DNA of 64,000 nucleotides from Chrysomallon squamiferum (Eukaryota; Animalia; Mollusca). Under the pieces are notes generated by a model. That model saw nothing but the letters and a program-made list of their open reading frames with translations, was not told the DNA's origin and searched no databases. This document shows, one piece after another, positions 56,498 to 64,000 of this stretch. The position numbers and the translations under genes were made by a program. The stretch's first letter is position 1. The number at the start of each line of letters is the position of its first letter. Location of the stretch: assembly GCA_012295275.1 (NCBI GenBank), contig CM022674.1:9548001-9612000 (forward strand), given 5' to 3'.

Positions 56498-56594
56498 ATT
56501 CTTTTTGAGAATGCCAATACAGCACAACTCCCTTCTAATAATATTTATTATTATTAGAAGGGAGTTGTGCTGTATTGGCATTCTCAAAAAGAAT
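56498..56594. repeat. Perfect inverted repeat: 46-bp arms with a 5-nt loop
   Basis: 56498-56543 (attctttttgagaatgccaatacagcacaactcccttctaataata) is the exact reverse complement of 56549-56594; the loop is tttat. Confidence 0.97.
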
Positions 56595-57406
56595 GTTGTA
56601 CCCCTGTACCATCGGGTGATTGCTGCATGTGCAGGGGTTTTGTAAAGTACATTACAAGCGTACGAACTAAATGTGAAACATCTTTCAATATAAGTTTTGG
56701 GGTTTTTTTTATGTAAGTTTATAAGAGCTGTCACATCGCGATAAAAAAGCTTAGTATTTCATATAGTTTATATGTTTGTTTATCAAGTTAATTAATGTCT
56801 GTTAGTGAATGTATACATATTTGAATTTGTAAGTTTATTTCCAGACCATTGTTGTTGTTTTTTGTTTACTATTTTATGTTTTATTATTATTATTATTATT
56901 TTTATTATTATTATTATTATTAATTTTATTTTTTTACGCGAATTAGTCATTGTTTTTCATTTATATAAATAAACACATATACGAGCAAAAACACTAACCA
57001 ACAGACATAAACAAACCCCGCATGCAACTCAACACACACACACATCATCATCTTTCATTTCTATTTACTTTTAAAGTATGTAATTTAAGCAAGTTTCCAG
57101 TTCTAGAGAAACGTTATCAGCACTTTATATTTTCGTTGCAGTTTACGAGGGTCTAAAATACATACATTACATTAACCAAAGCGTCAGGAATAGTAAAGGC
57201 AAACACATATACTTCAGGAGATGTCTGAAATGCATTTCAGACAAGAAAAAATCATTTACAATATGTTCTTTCTGTTTTTGCAATATCCTGTTTCTCATAG
57301 AACCGGCTATAACTAACCGACAAAGACCAAAGATGCTCCATAAAAAATACAAAAAAAGAAAAAAGAACAAAAACAAAACAAAGGCAGATAAATAAATAAA
57401 AGTTAA

Positions 57407-57454
<48 letters not shown>

Positions 57455-58727
57455 AAAGAACAAAAATAATAAGAAGAAAAAAAGAAGAAGAAGAGAAGAA
57501 GAAAAAATAACTAGTTAGAAATTAACAAAAATGCCTTAAGGTTAAAGATACGAAAACAGAAACTATTCTCTTCATCTTTTTTTTTTTATTTTTTTTTTTT
57601 TTTTCCAGATTTCTAATTCATTATCTTGTCACCTGTAACTATTTCAATATGAAAGTTTAACCCTGCTGACTGGTAAATGATAAAAACCAGTATACCAGAT
57701 AATGACCTAAATAATCCATTAAAATTGCCGATGAGAACAATTAAGAAAAGCTCATTGATACTTGATAATTAGATAAATTAAAATATTCGAATAAATTTAC
57801 CAAATAAGACAAAAAGAGAAATATTGTGATCGGCGATAGTCTTTAAAATAATCTTCTGAACGTGTCATTTAAAAGTTGAGTCTATTCTTTCTAACAGAGA
57901 AACTAGTTTGTTTGAAAGACCTGACTAATGATAAACTGTTGGCTGGCGTAATAGTTCGCATGTTTCATCGCGACTCAAATTGTTTGCTGGTTTTATTTCA
58001 ATAAAAGAAAGTAAGAACTTAAAAATTATAGAATACTTAGCTGTCTATCAGTAAATTTTGATGAAATATATTTTTGAATAAAGATGGTAATCTTTAAGAC
58101 GTGATTTGCATATTCAAATAAAAAAGCTTTTTTTTACTTTGTTATAATTTGTTTTATTGGTGTCCGAACAAAATTAAACTGTAATACCAAACGTACAGTT
58201 TTTTGGGGTGTAAGTTGAAGCAGATTTTTGTTTTTACATCTTATCGTTTAGCATCATTAACGTTGTTTATTTTAAATCAAGGGAGAAAATAGAAGCAGTT
58301 TTGAAAAAGCACACGTATTTTTCATATATACTAAATGCTTAAAAATAAATTAATAACGGTTAATGAGTCATCATCATCATTTATAAATAACACAATTTGT
58401 TTATTACAAATAATAAATAAGATGATATTGGAAATAAATAATAATCTGCTACTTTATTCCTTTTATTTATTGTCTTCATTGATTTAGTTTTGGTTATAAG
58501 AATAAAGTTTGTTTGTTTATTTATTTTTTTAAATCATTATTTAAAAAAAAAAAAAAAAAAAACCCCGAAACAGCCCAAACTACTGCATAAAAAAACACCC
58601 CAGCTTTTTTTTTTCTTTTTTTTTTTCTCTCTCTTTCTTTATTATTATAATAATTATTTTGTTAAATTAAATTTTGTTCTTTATCTTATAAAGTTTTAAA
58701 TATTTCTGATTAAAGTTTTCTGCTGCA

Positions 58728-61700
58728 ATGAATTATGAACAAGGATGTGGATGTGTAATTCTGGAAGCTGTAAATTCAGATAAAGGTGACAATGAGTACA
58801 GTGACAGTGATGTTATCAAGCTGCAGCATTCTTACCCTGTAAGAAAAATATGATGTCAAATCCTTTCTTTAGTATTTTTATTACTTTAATACATTTTTAT
58901 TTTGTGTTTTTAAAACTGACTATTTTATATTATTTTTGTTTTATATAAAATATATATTTTGTCCAGAAGTAAATGAGAGTAAACAAATGGATTTCATTCT
59001 CATGCTAGTGAAGCTGAGAGTAATTTATATATTGCTCTAGTCTTCAAATGAGCTATTAATAATAATAATAACAATAACAAAAATCTGGGCCAGTACATTG
59101 TAATGGCTAATTAAGTAAGAAAACTCATATTTAGTTAGTTTCATTTCATACAATTTTCATTTAATTCACATAAATATTTCTTTTAGTTGAAAATCATTAT
59201 TCCCCAGCATGCCAGTGAAAGCCAGTGTAAATGGATTTATCCAGTGACATTTGGAGGGGGTCTTGTGGGTGGAGACCAGATTAATCTCGAAGTTATTATT
59301 GGTCATAATTGTTGTGGGCTTGTCACAAGTACAGAGTCGCTGAGGGTAAAAAAATAAATTGTTACTTTGAAACGTCATTTGAAATAAATAATTTTTTAAA
59401 ATTTCAAATATTTATGATTATTTTTAATTAAATTTTTGTATTATTTAACAATAATAATAATCATATTTTGTTGTAAATATGTCAACTGCATGTTTCATTT
59501 CTATTTTATTTTTGTTTAATATTTATTTATTTATTTATTTATTATGTAATTTATTTCATGCAGTTATTCTAAAACGCTGTTTATTTTTAACATTTCTTAA
59601 TATTTGAATTAAATCATTTTCCCATTTTAGCCTGACAATGATTAAAATTTTCTCCTATATAGCAGTTATCTTTTCCTTGGGAAAGATGAGATTTTCAAGA
59701 ATGCCTTCCTTTTTGCATGCTAACTGGAATAATCAATATAATACATTAAAAATTAAAATACTCTTTATATTTAATTCCATACTCAATATAGTATGATTAA
59801 TATAAGCTGTGTTAGTAATTCTCTGAATATTTTCACAGATATATGAATGTGATGACAAGGTGACTTCAAGGCAGGTTGTAGAATACACTGTTGGAACCAA
59901 CAGTCTACTTTGTGTTATTGCTGACCCTGTTGTGTGTTTCCAGCGTTCTTCTTTCATCCAGGAACAAGTGAGATCAGCTGTTCTAAAGTTTTTGCATGAG
60001 AAACTAATTATTTTAAACATTACTTGTAAACTGTTCAGTATGTCAGTAATAACATAATTTTTGTAATTAGCCAGCAAATTTACATTTCATTTATCTTCAC
60101 AATGTGGTTTGTAAAAATTGAAATAAAAAAACATTTCTTAGAATTTCGCTGTGATTTGTTCTCTTGACATTAAAATATCACTGGTCACAGGTCATTTTTG
60201 ACTTTTCAAATTAAACATGTTTTATTATTTTTATAACCAATGTAACTAAGATTTTGTTTATTTTAAATCAAGGGAGATAAGAAGGCAGGAAGTTACTTTT
60301 CTTTTTCAAACATTTACATCAGTTTTGTCTATTTGTCTAAATTAAGAAATAAAATGTTATAGTTCTCATCAACATTTAAAAATAAAAATACAGTATCTGA
60401 TTTGAATTTATGAACCACATCTAGAATACTACCATTGAACCATTGTAGAATATGAACATTCTGGTATTACAGACACTATGATATACTTGATTTTGTAGGT
60501 TATAAAAATGTCTGCTCAAAGTAACTTAGTTTTCCTGGACTGGGTTGTTGGAGGAAGAGTTTCTCTTAATGAACTCTGGACATTTCACAAGTTGAGTTTT
60601 AAAAACATTTTAAAATGTTCTATTTTTTATTTTAAACAAGTCCTTAATGTTTCTGTAGATGTGTGTGTCTTTTAAAATTAGTATCTTTCAGATGGTGTCA
60701 TTCTACAGAGGCATTTAATTCTAAAATGAAAGAATAATTCAGGTCAGTTGTTTAATTTCACTAGAACATGCAGTATATCATGATTTATTACAAAAATTCT
60801 AACCTTAAAGACAGCAAGCAATAAATAATGGTCTGTAACATTAAATTCAGACATTTATAATATATTTAAAGCATAAAAACTACATATTTATTTTAGCTAC
60901 AGCACCAAGTTCTCAGTGTATATTGATGATAAATTAGTACTGAAGGAATCTAATCAGCTCAAAGATACACCTTTTCAAAGAGTGGCTGAATCACTGGCTT
61001 GTTTTCCGGTAAATGTTACCTTAGTCCTTGTCATCTTTTAAGTTGGTATCTCATACAGTTGCAATATTTTTTTCATATACATTAAATTCAGTCATTTTTT
61101 TTGTATTAATATTATTTCTGTTCAACAGTTTTATTAGTACACACTAGGTCTTATGTGTAATTTAGTATTAGACTATTAATATAGAGATTTATCTGTTTGA
61201 AATCTAAATTAGGAGAAAATTAAGTAACTAATTAAAAATATATATATAGATTTATATGTGGTGTTTTTCATCTTTTATACAGGTTGTTGGTTTTGGAATT
61301 GTATTGGGTCAACATTTACAACATTTAATAATGCATCTTCAGCAGCTGTTTGGAAAACCATACAAGATTGGTAAAAAAAAAAATTCTTTAACATCACTGT
61401 AATATCATGTTGATTTACAAAAAATCCTGATGATTTATAAGTTCAATTTTTAAAAATATTTATTCTTGGTTTATTTATTGGAAGTGTCATTTTTCATTAT
61501 TTTTATTTTAGGTGAAATGGTGAGTACAGAAACAATCTGTACTTTTAGTCCATTATCTTACACCGTGAACAGTAACAAAATCTCTGGTTGTTACATTCGC
61601 TTTGTCACAGGCTCTACTAACCAGGTGAGCTAAAACTTGCATTATTATTCTGAAAACTATTTATAGCAGTTCCTATTAAAGGTAAACGGATTTCATTTTA

Positions 61701-61984
61701 TATGAACATACATGTATATACACACATACATAAATATAAATACATCACACAAACACATATACATATTCATACACACACACATATATATATAAACATATAT
61801 ATATATGCATACATATATATATATATATATATATATACCAAATAATCTTTTTTTATACCTATCTATAAATATTCTGTTTAGAAAATTAATATTTGTTTAA
61901 CATATTTTTCAGGCCTACAATCTTGCCAAACAGATGTTTCAACCACTAAGTGATGTGTTGGGTGGTGAAATTTTTAACAGATGA
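58728..61984 (+). CDS. ureD: Urease accessory protein UreD (UreH family), eukaryotic type; 8 coding exons, 291 aa
   Basis: Exons 58728-58838, 59187-59345, 59839-59967, 60499-60590, 60897-61008, 61283-61370, 61512-61624, 61913-61984 (876 nt, all GT-AG, phases match, no internal stop). The translation carries the UreD motifs in order: SYPLKIIIP, WIYPVTFGGGLVGGDQINLEV, LLCVIADPVVCF, LVFLDWVVGGRVSLNELWTF. Confidence 0.9.
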
Positions 61985-62609
61985 CTGTTTAGTGATTCTC
62001 TTGATGCCATTTTCCTTATTTTTTGATTCACTTTAATTTCCAAAACATGAAAGTAAAATTTTCGTATAATAATGTGAAAAAAGACTTCAGCCGTTTTAAT
62101 ACATTTACAAGAATTTACTGAAAGTGCTTGCAACAGGTTAAAATATCACATATTTCACTATTATTAGTAAAGCTGTTTTGTCCATAAATTCTTTTTTCCA
62201 CTTAATAAAAAAAAAGAAAAAAAGAAATAGGAATAATGTAGTTAATAAACATACTGTAACAATGTTTATTTGAATTAATTTATTAACTCTTTGATACTGT
62301 TTAATTAGTTATAAATTGTGTATCATATTTATATAGGCACACAAACATATACTATTACAATGCTAAATCAAGACACTAAAATCAAATCTATATTTCTGAT
62401 TCCTTCAAAACCAGAATGAAAATCAAGACATTTAACAAAAAGATGTTACTCTATAACAAATCTGGTAATTTTAACAATATACCAGTAAATTTAAATATAC
62501 AAGTTTTTAATAAGGATGTTAATAAAGCATAAAAACAATGATTTAATTCGTGCAGTGTACATCATTACAAAAGATAAGGATCTGTTCTGTAATGTGTTAA
62601 GTCTCTGAG

Positions 62610-64000
62610 TCAGATGTTGCTTGCAGTAGTGTTTGGATCATCTTCAAGAAGAAGGTTTTTATTTTCTTCTGAGATGTCTAGGTTGTGTTTGGCAATAGCT
62701 TCTTGTGCCTTTCAAAAAGATAAATAACTGAATTTGAATAAGTTAGTCATATATTAAGTACATACATATAAACAGTATCTCAAAAGGTTGTTTGTTAAAC
62801 TAAAGGAAATATTAAAACAATACCAGAAATCCAGATAGAGTGCAAAAACAAACAACTAAATGTTAATATGATAAAGTTGAAGTATTCATTATTATTCATA
62901 AAGTATAAATCCAATCATTATAACATAGCAAAACATGAAATGTAAATCTTATGTATAATGTTCAGCATTCCTAAACTTTTATTGAAAGTACAGCAAAGTT
63001 AATAGTTATTACTTACCTGTTTTATAAATATTTTCTGGTTTGTGGTAATCACTTTATTGAAGAAATGTTCTGCAACTGAATTTGCCTGACATTCCATAGC
63101 AACATACCCACAGTTCAAAAATGATGCTGCTAAAAAGATTTTCTGTTTTACTGTACTTTTCTGATTGACATTTTTCTCTATTTCAAATGCTTTGTCAACG
63201 TTCATGTTTTTATTCTTTATCTCATAGCAGGAATTCAGTGGGTTGTTTGGTTCTGCCTCCTGTTGACTATTCCTTGTATCATAGTCAGACTCCTTTCTTT
63301 TTTCAGCCTCAGAGACATTATTTATATACTTCACATTTTCAGTATTTTTCTCTGGGTTACTGTCCATTGCTTCCTTTCTACTATTGGTGCTTAAGTGAGA
63401 CATGGATGGTTCTTGCAAATGTTTGGTATATTTTGTTTCAAGTAAGTCAATGACATATTGATATGCTTCTTTGAATTGGTTGTTGTCATGGTAGAAATTA
63501 ATAAGCATCAAAACAAATCTCTGAAATTAAACAAAATAAAACAAAAAACTATGCATTCACTACACTGACTGTTTAATATTTTGTTATAATTATTATCAGT
63601 GCTTAAAACAAGATATGACAGGACTGAAGATGCACTCTATTTTGTAAAAACAATTTTCTTTATTTCAATTTTGTATTTAATGTTTGTTAAGAAATTGGTT
63701 ATAAATTTAAAATAATTCAATAAAAACTAAAAACAAATAAATCTGTTATTTTTTTTCAGATTAAAAACTGATATTATTGAAATACTATTTTAGTTTCTAT
63801 TAAATGCTGATGTTTCCAAAACTAATAATTAGCTGATGCCTTGTTACAGTTATTTAACATATCCCTTGTTATGATTACTTTAATAGCTATTACCTGGCTC
63901 TGTGGACAAACTTTGAGGCCTTGCTGCAGTATGTTTATTCCCAGTGTAAAAGGTGCTTTTAGATTGTTAACACAATGATCAGCAATGTCAGCATAGTCCT
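62610..64000 (-). CDS. 3' part of an unidentified multi-exon gene, alpha-helical/TPR-like; continues beyond the window
   Basis: In-frame exons 64000-63894 (DYADIADHCVNNLKAPFTLGINILQQGLKVCPQSQ), 63520-63017 (RFVLMLINFYHDNNQFKEAYQYV...AEHFFNKVITTNQKIFIKQ) and 62708-62610 (AQEAIAKHNL...ASNI*), with canonical splice sites. The pattern 'ILQQGLKVCPQSQRFVLMLINFY...QFKEAYQY' resembles a TPR/HAT helix pair; the family was not recognised. Confidence 0.75.

Noticed and set aside
56375-56734. 119-aa minus-strand ORF across the palindrome
   Set aside because: Non-ATG start, no motifs, and composition driven by the palindrome and AT repeats.
59166-60077. Minus-strand ORFs of 70 and 114 aa
   Set aside because: Antisense to ureD exons.
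58728-61984. ureD as bacterial contamination or recent horizontal transfer
   Set aside because: Seven spliceosomal introns, host-like composition, eukaryote-type motifs (GGGLVGGD, DPVVCF, LDW) and continuity with animal genes.

Overview
AT-rich, microsatellite-dense animal genomic DNA. It is probably a mollusc, most likely a gastropod, inferred from a mollusc-type SINE and the gene families present. Splicing GT-AG exons by hand gives four protein-coding genes. (1) A complete 23-coding-exon M13/neprilysin-like zinc metallopeptidase on the minus strand (17177->3727, about 770 aa). (2) A single-coding-exon orphan class A GPCR on the minus strand (46652->45447, 401 aa). (3) A complete 8-exon urease accessory protein UreD gene on the plus strand (58728->61984, 291 aa) that the ORF track almost entirely misses. 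(4) The 3' end of an unidentified alpha-helical/TPR-like gene on the minus strand (64000->62610). Introns and intergenic DNA carry decayed Mutator, Tc1, Tigger/pogo and hAT elements, a SINE and many microsatellites. The most notable items are the intron-rich animal ureD, a perfect 46-bp-arm palindrome with an adjacent hairpin upstream of it, an intronic conserved-core/variable-spacer array, and an inverted-repeat-bounded composite transposon in a neprilysin intron. All family assignments come from motif recognition by eye; no database searches were run.
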